64,000 bases of DNA. Source: an uncultured delta proteobacterium (GTDB taxonomy: Bacteria; Myxococcota_A; Polyangia; Haliangiales; Haliangiaceae). The stretch is taken from positions 1,536,001 through 1,600,000 of the forward strand of contig CAWKDB010000010.1 of NCBI GenBank assembly GCA_963848295.1, written 5' to 3'. A program made the translations under genes and the position numbers. The notes below the pieces were generated by a model. That model was not told where the DNA came from. It made no database searches and saw only the letters and a list, made by a program, of their open reading frames with translations. Positions 29,875 to 39,937 of the stretch are shown in pieces (positions within the stretch are counted from its first letter, which is position 1; every line of letters begins with the position of its first letter).

Positions 29875-30534
29875 ATGGCGTCGCGCCGCGTCGTGCACAA
29901 GCTGGTCCGCGCGGTCGCGCGGCCGCGGCGCCGCGTCCGGCTCGACAACGACGCGCGGCGAGCGCAACTGCTCCAACTCGCGCGCAAGGCGTTCTCCGAC
30001 CGTTCGTACGACGAAGTCTCGATCGACGATCTCGCCCGCGAAGCGAAGATCTCGAAGGGCCTGCTCTATCACTACTTCCCGACGAAGCGCGATCTGTATG
30101 TCGCCGGCCTACGCGAGATCGCCGACGAGCTCGTCGCGCGCACGAGCTCGATCCCGACGGACCTCCCCCCGGCGGAGCGCGTGCGCGCCGGGCTCGATGC
30201 TTACCTCGACCACATCACCGTCCACGCGCATGCGTTCGTCGCGTTGATGCGCGGCGGGATCGGCTCCGATCCGGAAGTCGCCGCCGTGATCGAAGGTGTC
30301 CGACGCCGGCTGGTCGAGCAGTTCATCGCCGGCTCGCCGTTCGCCGCGGTGCTCGCTGGCAACCCGCGGTTCGACATCGCGGTGCGCGGCTGGATCGGCT
30401 TTGTCGAAGGCGCGTCGATCGATTGGTGCGCGAACCCGCGGCTATCGCGCGACGAGCTGCGCGACCTGTTGAGCCAGGTGTTGCTCTCGTTGATCGCGGT
30501 GATCGCGCCGCAGATGCTGACGCCGCCAGCGTAG
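29875..30534 (+). CDS. TetR/AcrR-family transcriptional regulator
   Basis: RRAQLLQLARKAFSDRSYDEVSIDDLAREAKISKGLLYHYFPTKRDLY. Confidence 0.95.
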   Translation: MASRRVVHKLVRAVARPRRRVRLDNDARRAQLLQLARKAFSDRSYDEVSIDDLAREAKISKGLLYHYFPTKRDLYVAGLREIADELVARTSSIPTDLPPAERVRAGLDAYLDHITVHAHAFVALMRGGIGSDPEVAAVIEGVRRRLVEQFIAGSPFAAVLAGNPRFDIAVRGWIGFVEGASIDWCANPRLSRDELRDLLSQVLLSLIAVIAPQMLTPPA

Positions 30535-30547
30535 TAGAGTCTCGGGC

Positions 30548-31093
30548 ATGAAGCTACGCTACGCTTGGATCGCCCTCGTCCTCGCCGCGCCTGCGTGCGG
30601 CAACAAGTCTGCGTCGTGCACCGAAGGAGCGAGCGTCGCATGCGCTTGCCCGTCGGGTGGCAGCGGCGCTCAAGTCTGCGCCGCCGGGGTCTATGGTGCT
30701 TGCACCTGTGGACCCGCTGCAGCACCAGCAGCACCCGCTCCGGCACCCGCTGCGGCACCCGCGCCCGCGCCCGAACCCGCTGCGGCCCCCGCTCCGGCTC
30801 CAGCGCCGGCGCCCGCGCCCGCCGCCGCACCTGCCGAGGATCACGATCGCAACCACGACAAGGATTGGCACGACGCGCGCGACCGCCTCGACAAGCTATC
30901 GAAGGATGCCGCCGAAGCGGCCCAGAAGGTGAGCCAGGCGCAGGCCGCGCTCAACGCCGCGAAGGATCGCCACGCTCGCGACGAGGCGAAGAAGCGACTC
31001 GATCAGGCGACGAAGGAGCAGACCGAGACTGAAGCGCGCCTCGCCGAAGCGAAGACCGCGTTCGACCGCGTCGATCATCGAGATCATCACTAA
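30548..31093 (+). CDS. Lipoprotein: Cys-rich mini-domain, Pro/Ala linker, coiled-coil C-terminus
   Basis: Lipobox APA-C; CTEGASVACAC...QVC...CTC; (PA)n tract; heptad-rich tail. Confidence 0.78.
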   Translation: MKLRYAWIALVLAAPACGNKSASCTEGASVACACPSGGSGAQVCAAGVYGACTCGPAAAPAAPAPAPAAAPAPAPEPAAAPAPAPAPAPAPAAAPAEDHDRNHDKDWHDARDRLDKLSKDAAEAAQKVSQAQAALNAAKDRHARDEAKKRLDQATKEQTETEARLAEAKTAFDRVDHRDHH

Positions 31094-31995
31094 CCGCGTT
31101 CGAATACGAGCGGCAGCGTGACCTGGCTCGCCGCGCGCTGACGGCCGAATGTCCAGTCGGCGATCGCTTCGAGGATCTCGCGCACGTGACGCGCGCGCCG
31201 GCGGTCGTCGGGCTTGGGCACGCGCGTCGTGTCCGACAACACGGCCGGTCGCCTGACGTGGCCGCGGCGATCGATCGAGAACCCGATCGACAACAAGCCC
31301 GCGATCGGTAGCTCGCCGATCTTCGCTTCGATCGCGGGCGTCAGCTCGGCGATCCGCATGGCGAGCTCGCGCACGCGCAACGGCCCGCGGATGAACGGCC
31401 GCGGTTGCACGAACCAGCCGTGGATGACGAGCCGGCCTTCGCGCGGATCGAGAGTGCCGGTCACTTCGCGCACGCCGTGCGGAATGCGCGGGTCGAATAC
31501 GACCAGCCGCCCGAGCTCCGGAGCGATCGCTTTGACGAGCTCGCCATGCTCGACCGCGCGGGTCGAACGAAAGTCGCGCCAGAAATCCAAGACCTGGTCG
31601 CGCACGAGCAGGGTCTCGCCACCGCGAAACCGCCGGCCGCGCCAGTTGGTCAACGACAACACGAACGCCCATGGGCCATGCGGCAGGTCGCCGTGGAGCT
31701 CTTGCCGACAGCCGGCGACGTAGAGCGATAACCACGGCGGCGACACGTCGTGACAACCCAGGACGTCGCGTCCCCACGCCACGAGCCCGCGATGGAACTG
31801 CTCGTACGCGCGGCGCGGGAAATATGTCCACGCCGGTGTGCGCAGGTGCGTGTATTGGCCGGGCACGTGCCACCAGTCCCACGCGAACCGATCGCCTCGC
31901 GTGCTGCGCGGATCGGCGTGGCGCTCGTCGAACACCGCTCGCAACGCCCTCGCCTCCGACGCGAACCGATCGCTCGTGATCAACCCGCGCGGCAT
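31090..31995 (-). CDS. 2OG-Fe(II) oxygenase with a C-terminal TonB-C-like extension
   Basis: HxD (ELHGD), GGETL, RLVVFDPRIPHGVREV, RLVIHGWF; tail FSIDRRGHV...WTF...VTLPLVF. Confidence 0.82.
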   Translation of the reverse strand: MPRGLITSDRFASEARALRAVFDERHADPRSTRGDRFAWDWWHVPGQYTHLRTPAWTYFPRRAYEQFHRGLVAWGRDVLGCHDVSPPWLSLYVAGCRQELHGDLPHGPWAFVLSLTNWRGRRFRGGETLLVRDQVLDFWRDFRSTRAVEHGELVKAIAPELGRLVVFDPRIPHGVREVTGTLDPREGRLVIHGWFVQPRPFIRGPLRVRELAMRIAELTPAIEAKIGELPIAGLLSIGFSIDRRGHVRRPAVLSDTTRVPKPDDRRRARHVREILEAIADWTFGRQRAASQVTLPLVFERG

Positions 31996-32012
31996 CGGCG
32001 CGATGTACCACC

Positions 32013-32047
32013 GAAAATGAAAACGCCGCCCAGGTGGCGGCGGTTTC
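32013..32047 (-). terminator. Rho-independent terminator
   Basis: On the minus strand CGCCGCC-acctg-GGCGGCG followed by TTTTCATTTT, about 20 nt after the 32065 stop. Confidence 0.8.
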
Positions 32048-32064
32048 GGACGAGGTAACCGGAG

Positions 32065-32277
32065 TTACTTGGTCGCGGGAGCCTTCTTGGTCGTCTTGGG
32101 CGCCTTCGCGTCGGTCTTCGGCGCGTCCTTGCCGGTCGCCTTCGCGTCGGTCTTCGCGTCCTTCGACTTCGCGTCCTTCGCCGCCGGGGCTTCCTTCTTC
32201 GCCGGAGCATCGGCCATGACGACGGCCGGGGTGAGGAGCGAGCCGATGATGAGAGCAGACTTGATGATGTTGCGCAT
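32065..32277 (-). CDS. Small exported Lys/Ala-rich disordered protein
   Basis: SD AAGGAG; signal peptide ending VMA; repeated KDAK/KTDAKA; an identical 20-nt repeat at 32101 and 32137; has its own terminator. Confidence 0.85.
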   Translation of the reverse strand: MRNIIKSALIIGSLLTPAVVMADAPAKKEAPAAKDAKSKDAKTDAKATGKDAPKTDAKAPKTTKKAPATK

Positions 32278-32337
32278 GGAGATCTCCTTGGGAGGTCGGT
32301 TCAGAGTTCAGGGGTTGCGGGTTGCGTCGGGACCTTT

Positions 32338-32353
32338 TGCACCCGGTATGCCG
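32338..32353 (-). promoter_or_regulatory. sigma54 promoter candidate
   Basis: Minus strand CGGCATACCGGGTGCA, with correct GG/GC spacing, about 60 nt before the ATG at 32277. Confidence 0.6.
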
Positions 32354-32396
32354 CCGGGCCCGTCTAGTTCCGCCTGGTTATAGGTCGGGTTTTCGA

Positions 32397-32425
32397 GGCC
32401 CGATGCCCCCTCGTGGCAATTAGCC
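32397..32425. promoter_or_regulatory. Tandem GGCA-N3-TGCC-like enhancer sites
   Basis: GGCC-cga-TGCC (32397-32407) and GGCA-att-AGCC (32415-32425). Confidence 0.4.
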
Positions 32426-32498
32426 TCGCCGCCACCGGCAGGTTGAATAGCCACCCAACGGCGCGCGTTCAATGAGGGTTTCGGCATAGTGGTCGGGC

Positions 32499-34028
32499 GT
32501 GCGGCGAGATCGTCTAGCTCCGTGGCTCATGTTGGTCGCCGGCGCGGCCATCGCGATCGGTGCGCAGACGCTGCTGCCCACCGCAGCCGCGAAGGGCCGG
32601 GCGCGGCGCGAGGTCGGTACGGTCGTGGTCCAGATTGCGGATGACAACGGAGCACCTTTGCCAGCGCGCCTGACGTTCAGACCGGTCGGCGAGACGCCGG
32701 AGGTGTTCTTCACCACGACCGACATCGGCCGCGAAGAAGTCGGCGCGATCGCGGCCTACGATCGCGTGTTCGTGCTGCGCGGCGCGGCCGAGCTCCGCGT
32801 GCCTACCGGGACCTACGACGTGTGGATCTGTCACGGCCCGGAGTGGGACACATCGCGGGTGAGGATCACGGTCAACGCGGGCGCCGACACCGAGCTCGAC
32901 GCGAAGCTGCACCACGTGATCGACACGCCGGGCTGGATCTCCGGCGACTTCCACGTTCACGCCGCGCCGTCACTCGACTCGCGCGTGCCGATGCGCGACC
33001 GAGTGCACCAGTTCGTCGCCGATGGCGTCGACCTCATCGTCTCGACCGATCACAACATCATCTCGGACTACAAACCGATCATCGCGGAGCTCGGCGTCGG
33101 CGACTTGCTCGCGTCGGCGACCGGCGACGAGATCACGACGAAGTCATGGGGCCACTTCGGCGCGTTCCCGCTGCCATCGGAAGAAGGCGAGCTCGGACGC
33201 GGCGCGGTGCCGGTCGGCATCCACACGCCGGGGGAGATCTTCGCCGAGGTGCGCTCGAAGGCGCCGACCGCTCTGATCGACATCCACCATCCGCGGCTGG
33301 AGCAAGGCAAGATCGGTTACTTCCATCTCGCCGAGCTCGACGGCAAGACTGGTAAGGCGAAGCGCGCTGGCTTCTCGATGGACTTCGATGCGATCGAAGT
33401 CCTGAACGGCTACCAAGACGCCGATCGCAAGACGGTCGGTCGCGTGATCAGCGATTGGGTATCGTTCCTCGACAGCGGCAAGCGCGTCACCGCGACGGGC
33501 AACTCGGACACCCATCACCTCACGTTCAACCTCGGCGGGTATCCGCGCAACTACGTCAACATCGGCGACGTCCCGATCACCGCGATCGATCCCGTTGCGG
33601 TCGCCGCCGCAGTGAAAGCGGGCCACTCGTACTTCACGACCGGCCCGATCCTCGACGTGACGATCGATGGCAAAGGTCCCGGCGAGCAGGCCACGGCGCA
33701 CGGCGGCAAGGTCGCGCTCAAGATCCGCGTGCGCGCGGCGAACTGGATCTCGGTCACGTCATTGACCGTGATCGGTTCGGCCGGCGCGGTGCTCGCGACT
33801 CGACCGATCGCGAAGTCGACCGCAGTCGTCCGGTTCGACGAGTCGATCGACCTAGACGTCCCGCGCGACGGTTATGCGATCGTGCGCGTCGATGGCGATC
33901 GCCCCGAGGCGCCGAATGTCGGCGACCTCGGTGGCTGGCAGGTGTATCCGCTCGCGATCGCGAATCCGATCTGGATCGACGCCGACGGCGACGGCAAGAT
34001 CACGCCGAGCGCGCCCTACAAACCGTGA
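32499..34028 (+). CDS. Exported PHP-domain metallohydrolase (CehA/McbA-like)
   Basis: GWISGDFHVH, VSTDHN, GDEIT, GHFGAFP, IHHPR, FDAIEVLNG, TGNSDTH. Confidence 0.88.
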   Translation: MRRDRLAPWLMLVAGAAIAIGAQTLLPTAAAKGRARREVGTVVVQIADDNGAPLPARLTFRPVGETPEVFFTTTDIGREEVGAIAAYDRVFVLRGAAELRVPTGTYDVWICHGPEWDTSRVRITVNAGADTELDAKLHHVIDTPGWISGDFHVHAAPSLDSRVPMRDRVHQFVADGVDLIVSTDHNIISDYKPIIAELGVGDLLASATGDEITTKSWGHFGAFPLPSEEGELGRGAVPVGIHTPGEIFAEVRSKAPTALIDIHHPRLEQGKIGYFHLAELDGKTGKAKRAGFSMDFDAIEVLNGYQDADRKTVGRVISDWVSFLDSGKRVTATGNSDTHHLTFNLGGYPRNYVNIGDVPITAIDPVAVAAAVKAGHSYFTTGPILDVTIDGKGPGEQATAHGGKVALKIRVRAANWISVTSLTVIGSAGAVLATRPIAKSTAVVRFDESIDLDVPRDGYAIVRVDGDRPEAPNVGDLGGWQVYPLAIANPIWIDADGDGKITPSAPYKP

Positions 34029-34087
34029 GACGCGGCGCCGCGCACGCGAGCGGCTCGGCGAGCGCGCCGAACAAGCGCTCGAGCGCG

Positions 34088-34597
34088 TTACAGGCGGTCC
34101 CACACGTAAGCGACCTCTACGACCGGGAAGCCGCCCACCGTCGTCCTCAGTCGCGACCGGAGACGCCCGCCCATCGCCTCGTAGAAGCCGCGCGCGTGGG
34201 CGTTGTGCTCGAGCACCCAGATCACCATCGAGCCCATCCCGCTCGCACGCAGCCACGCGATCACCCGATCGAGCATCTCTTGGCCGATGCCGTGCCGCTT
34301 CGCGTGATGCACGAGATAGATCGCGTACAGCTCGCCCGCCGCGAGCTCCGGTCGGCGCGCCGGCCCCGCGTCGCAGAAGCCGACGATATCTTGATGGGTG
34401 ACATCGAACGCGACGAGCGACAACACCGAACGATCGCGCAGGATCTGCCTGCGCGTCGACGCGCGTTGGCCCACGTCGATCCGGTCGAGGATCGCGTCGG
34501 GCAAGATGCCGCGGTAGGTCGTTCGCCAACTCGCAGTGTGAGCCCTTGCGATCCCGTGTGCATCGCCGAGTGCCGCTTCGCGAATCGCAAACCTCAT
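34088..34597 (-). CDS. GNAT acetyltransferase
   Basis: IARAHTASWRTTYRGILP, ELYAIYL, GIGQ, WVLEHNAHARGFYEAMGG. Confidence 0.9.
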   Translation of the reverse strand: MRFAIREAALGDAHGIARAHTASWRTTYRGILPDAILDRIDVGQRASTRRQILRDRSVLSLVAFDVTHQDIVGFCDAGPARRPELAAGELYAIYLVHHAKRHGIGQEMLDRVIAWLRASGMGSMVIWVLEHNAHARGFYEAMGGRLRSRLRTTVGGFPVVEVAYVWDRL

Positions 34598-34655
34598 CGA
34601 CCCACGATCAGCGTAGCTGATCGCACGTCGGCTGGCTCGTGATCGCGTCGATCGC

Positions 34656-36032
<1,377 letters not shown>

Positions 36033-36036
<4 letters not shown>

Positions 36037-37499
36037 GCGGCACCGCCCTTCCGCGGCAAGTAGACGGTGAACGTCGAGCCCTTACCTCGCGACGACGCGA
36101 CATCGATCCAGCCACCGTGCTCGCGCACGATGCCCCAGCTGACGCTGAGCCCGAGACCGGTGCCTTCGCCGACCTCCTTCGTCGTGAAGAACGGCTCGAA
36201 GATCCGCTGACGCGTCGGCTCGTCCATGCCGTGACCGGTATCGGCGACCGCGATCGCCATCCAATCGTGGGCATCGCTGTCGACGTACGAGGGCGCGACG
36301 TGCTCGACGACACGCGTCGTGATCGTCACGGTCCCACCACCTTCTGGCATCGCCTGGACGGCGTTGACGACGAGGTTCGTCAACACTTGCCCCATCTGGC
36401 CATCATCGGCTTCGATTCGCAGCGAGTCGTCGAACGGCGGAGCGACGAGCGTGACGTTCGCTTTGCGTGCGATGGTGCCGACCAGCTCGCAGACCCGAGC
36501 CGCGAGCGTGGAGACGTTGACCGGCGTGGTCTCGAGCGCACGCGGTCGCGCGAAGTCGAGCAGCTGGCGGATCAGCGCGGTCATCCGCTCCGATTGCTCG
36601 AGCACGATCCGCGCGGAGTCGATCGCTTCGGCGCCTTCGACCTCGCGTTCGACGATCAGCCTCGCACGGCCCGATACGACGTTGAGCGGCGTGCCGAGCT
36701 CGTGCGCGAGCCCCGATGCGAGCTTGCCGACGGTGGTGAGCCGATCGGCGTGGCGGAGCTGCTCGGTCGCCGATTCGCGCGCACTGCGTTCATCGGCCAG
36801 CCGTTCGCACATCAGGTTGATCTCCGTCGCGAGCTCGCCGAGCTCGTCGTGCTGCGCGAGCTGGAGCGGACCGGACAGATCGCCGGTGCCGACCCGCCGC
36901 GCCTTCGCCGCGAGCCGCGAGATCGGCCGCCCGATGAACACGACGCCGAGGCCGAGCGCGAGCGCCGCCGCGATCGCGACTTCGCTCGCCGAGCCGATGA
37001 TCTCGTTGCGCAACGACTCGCGCACGAACGTATCGATGTGCTGCAGCGACTGCGTGATCTCGACGCCGCCGAGCTTCGGCGGATCGCCCGGCTTGTCGGG
37101 ATCGACGCCGGTGTCGACCGGGATATACGTGATCATTCGCTGGTTCGCGCCATCGCGAATGATCACCGGCTCGCCATCCTTCATCGCGCCGAGCTCGCTC
37201 GCTGGCACCAAGGGCTTGTGCGACGAGCCGACCTGCGCGTCGAGCCAGACCCAGCGCGCGCGTGTCCGCTCGCCGTGGGTGGTCGCCGCTTCGAGATATT
37301 GGATCGCGACGACCTCGCCGTCGTGATTCCACACCACGCCGACGCCGCCCGCGAGCGCGTGCCCGAGTGCGATCGCTTCCGACTTTAGTTGCGACTCGAA
37401 CACCTCGGTTTCGCGGCGGTAGTCGAACCACCCCTGCACCAGGGCGACGAGTGCCACCCCGATGATCAGCGCCGCGATGAATTTGCGAGTTAGCCTCAT
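36033..37499 (-). CDS. Membrane HAMP sensor histidine kinase
   Basis: Two TM helices, HAMP (DELGELATEINLM), H-box LAHELGTPL, QVLTNLVVNA, DTGHGM, FEPFFTTK, GTGLGL. Confidence 0.93.
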
Positions 37500-37616
37500 G
37501 GTCGGGACGAGTTCTACCCGATCCGCGAAGCCCACGGGCCCGGCCATCGGGAACGCCATCTCAGCGGGACTCCTCGCAGATCGGCCGAAGGGCCCACGCC
37601 ACTGCGCTTTCCCGCT

Positions 37617-37631
37617 GGGGCACAATGCCCC
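37617..37631. promoter_or_regulatory. Palindromic bEBP enhancer candidate
   Basis: GGGGCA-caa-TGCCCC, about 125 bp upstream of the 37742 sigma54-like motif. Confidence 0.6.
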
Positions 37632-37741
37632 CACGAAGGGCGTGCGAAATCACGCGGAGCGCCATGCTGTGGGTCCCCGCAGCGAGCGATCTACTCCATG
37701 AAGAAACCATTAGGTCTAGGCGCCACCGCACGTGAACGGCG

Positions 37742-37757
37742 TGGCTCAGATCCTGAA
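37742..37757 (+). promoter_or_regulatory. sigma54-like promoter (GA instead of GC at -12)
   Basis: TGGCTCAGATCCTGAA, at the same distance from the ATG as the 5758 and 54744 motifs. Confidence 0.45.
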
Positions 37758-37770
37758 GTTACGCGAGCTC

Positions 37771-38238
37771 ATGACGACCTCAAACATCCTCGTTCCGACC
37801 GATCTCGGGGAAGGCGCGACCGAGGCGCTCGACTACGCGTGCGACCTAGCGGCCGACCTCGGCGCCACCGTCCACGTGTTGAACGTCATCGCCGTCCCGG
37901 GGCTCGGCGTGCCCGAGCTTGGCGTCGCCATGACCGCTGGGGTGATCGACGCGATGGTCCATGACAACCAAGCGACCCTCGAAAAGCTCGCGGACGACCG
38001 GCGAAGCCGAGTCAAGATCGGCAAGGTCTTGATGCGCGGCGGCGACGCTCGCGACCAGATCAACGAGGTGGCACGCGAGCTCGACTGCGACCTGATCGTG
38101 ATGGCGACGCACGGCCGTCGCGGTGTGTCACGCGTGCTGCTGGGCAGCGTCGCGGAGTCGGTCGTGCGGACCGCGCCGTGTCCCGTCCTGACCGTGCGCA
38201 CCGGCTCGGTCGTGCGGCCCCGTCACGCCGCGGCTTGA
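37771..38238 (+). CDS. Universal stress protein
   Basis: NILVPTD, DLIVMATHGRRGVSRVLLGSVAESVVRTAPCPVLTV. Confidence 0.95.
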   Translation: MTTSNILVPTDLGEGATEALDYACDLAADLGATVHVLNVIAVPGLGVPELGVAMTAGVIDAMVHDNQATLEKLADDRRSRVKIGKVLMRGGDARDQINEVARELDCDLIVMATHGRRGVSRVLLGSVAESVVRTAPCPVLTVRTGSVVRPRHAAA

Positions 38239-38255
38239 GGCTAGAGTAGGCGGGG

Positions 38256-38888
38256 ATGTCGGGACTGCACGAGATGATCAGCGGCCAGCTCCAGCGCCGC
38301 GACATCACCGATCCCGCCGTGCTCGCGGCGTTCGGCCGGGTCCAGCGCGAAGCGTTTGTCCCACAGGACGAGCTGGCGAGGGCGTACGACGACGGGCCGT
38401 TACCGATCGGATTCGGTCAGACGATCTCGCAGCCTTACGTCGTCGCCGTGATGGCGCAAGCGCTGCGTCTCCGCGCGTCCGATCGCGTGCTCGAGATCGG
38501 CACCGGCTCGGGCTATGCCGCGGCGATCCTGAGCGAGCTGGCCGCGTCGGTCGACACGGTCGAACGGATCGAGGATCTGGCGACGGCCGCGCGCGATCGA
38601 CTCGCGAGGCTCGGCTACGATCGCGTGAGCGTGCATCGCGGCGACGGTTCGCTCGGCTGGCCGCCGGGCGCACCCTACGATGCGATCGCGGTCGCGTGCG
38701 CCGCGCCGGTCGCGCCACCGTCGTTGCTTGCCCAGCTCGCGATCGGGGGGCGCATGGTCGCGCCGGTCGGCCGCGACGACGACCAACAGCTCGTGCGCAT
38801 CACCCGAACCGACGCGACGACGTTCCAGACCGAGGCCCTCGGGGACGTTCGGTTCGTGCCGCTGCTCGGCGCTGAGGGCTTTCCCTAA
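38256..38888 (+). CDS. pcm: Protein-L-isoaspartate O-methyltransferase
   Basis: AYDDGPLPIGFGQTISQPYVVA, VLEIGTGSGYAAA, GDGSLGWP, VRFVPL. Confidence 0.95.
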   Translation: MSGLHEMISGQLQRRDITDPAVLAAFGRVQREAFVPQDELARAYDDGPLPIGFGQTISQPYVVAVMAQALRLRASDRVLEIGTGSGYAAAILSELAASVDTVERIEDLATAARDRLARLGYDRVSVHRGDGSLGWPPGAPYDAIAVACAAPVAPPSLLAQLAIGGRMVAPVGRDDDQQLVRITRTDATTFQTEALGDVRFVPLLGAEGFP

Positions 38889-39430
38889 GCAGCGACGGTC
38901 GCGGCTTTCTTGACCGCTTCGATCTCGAGCGAGATCTCGATCTTGTCGCCGACCGCCACGCCGCCGGCTTCGAGCAGCTGGTTCCAGGTCAGGCCGAAGT
39001 CTTTGCGACTGATCGTCGTCTTCGCCGAGAACCCGGTGCGCGTGCCGCCCCAGGGATCCTTGACCTGACCCGCCGGCTCGACCTTGAGATGCACCGGACG
39101 GGTCACGCCATGGATCGTGAGCTCGCCGTCGACCGCGAGGTCGTCGCCATCGCGCTCGACCCGCGTGCTCTTGAACGTCAGATGCGGAAAGTTCGCGGCG
39201 TCGAGGAAGTCGGCCGAACGCAGGTGTTCGTCGCGCTTGGGTTCTTTCGTGTCGATGCTCGCCGCGTCGATCTGAACTTCGACATGCGACTTGGTCGGAT
39301 CGACCGGGTCGAGCTGCAACGACCCGGTCCAGCCCTGGAACCGGCCGTGGACCTTCGAGATCATCAGGTGACGGACGTGGAAGCCGATGCTCGAGTGCGT
39401 CAGATCGAAATCCCATTGCTCAGCAGACAT
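38885..39430 (-). CDS. YceI-family (polyisoprenoid-binding) protein
   Basis: DLTHSSIGFHVRHLMISKVHGRF, RDEHLRSADF, GELTIHGVT, RKDFGLTWN. SD AAGGAG. Confidence 0.95.
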   Translation of the reverse strand: MSAEQWDFDLTHSSIGFHVRHLMISKVHGRFQGWTGSLQLDPVDPTKSHVEVQIDAASIDTKEPKRDEHLRSADFLDAANFPHLTFKSTRVERDGDDLAVDGELTIHGVTRPVHLKVEPAGQVKDPWGGTRTGFSAKTTISRKDFGLTWNQLLEAGGVAVGDKIEISLEIEAVKKAATVAA

Positions 39431-39463
39431 GGCAGACTCCTTGAAGGTTCTCGCTATTGCCTT

Positions 39464-39480
39464 GGATACAAATCGTAACC
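39464..39480. promoter_or_regulatory. HxlR-type operator candidate
   Basis: Imperfect palindrome GGATAC-aaatc-GTAACC between the divergent yceI-like and hxlR-like genes. Confidence 0.5.
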
Positions 39481-39501
39481 ATGGTGAATAGTGAGAACCG
39501 C

Positions 39502-39915
39502 ATGGCGAATCCGCAAGAGGGCACAGCGATGTCACCAAGGCACACCAAGCTTCGTCCGGCACACTCGTGTCCAGCCGTACGCGAGGTATTGCATCGAGTT
39601 GGCGACAAGTGGAGCGTTCAGATCGTCGCGTTGCTCGGCGATGGCCCGCTGCGATTCTCCGAGTTGCGGCGGGCGATCGAAGGCATCTCGCAACGCATGC
39701 TGACGCTCACGCTGCGCGGGCTCGAACGCGACGGCCTGATCACGCGCACCGTCTATGCGGAGATTCCGCCGCGCGTCGACTACGAGCTGACCAAGCTCGG
39801 CGACACGTTGCTCGAGCCCATCCAAGGGCTCGCCGAGTGGGCCGAGCGGTACCGCACGGCGATCCAAGACGCGCGCGCGAAGTTCGATAGCCGGCCGGCG
39901 AAGAAGACCGCGTAG
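39502..39915 (+). CDS. HxlR/DUF24 winged-helix regulator
   Basis: CPAV...[44 protein letters not shown]. The start may be 39529. Confidence 0.93.
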   Translation: MANPQEGTAMSPRHTKLRPAHSCPAVREVLHRVGDKWSVQIVALLGDGPLRFSELRRAIEGISQRMLTLTLRGLERDGLITRTVYAEIPPRVDYELTKLGDTLLEPIQGLAEWAERYRTAIQDARAKFDSRPAKKTA

Positions 39916-39937
39916 TCGCTGTGGCCGCAGCCGCGCG

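Noticed and set aside
34598..34655. Pxr-like sRNA between the bEBP and the GNAT gene
   Set aside because: Only 58 bp, with no sigma54 motif or terminator hairpin that I could identify.
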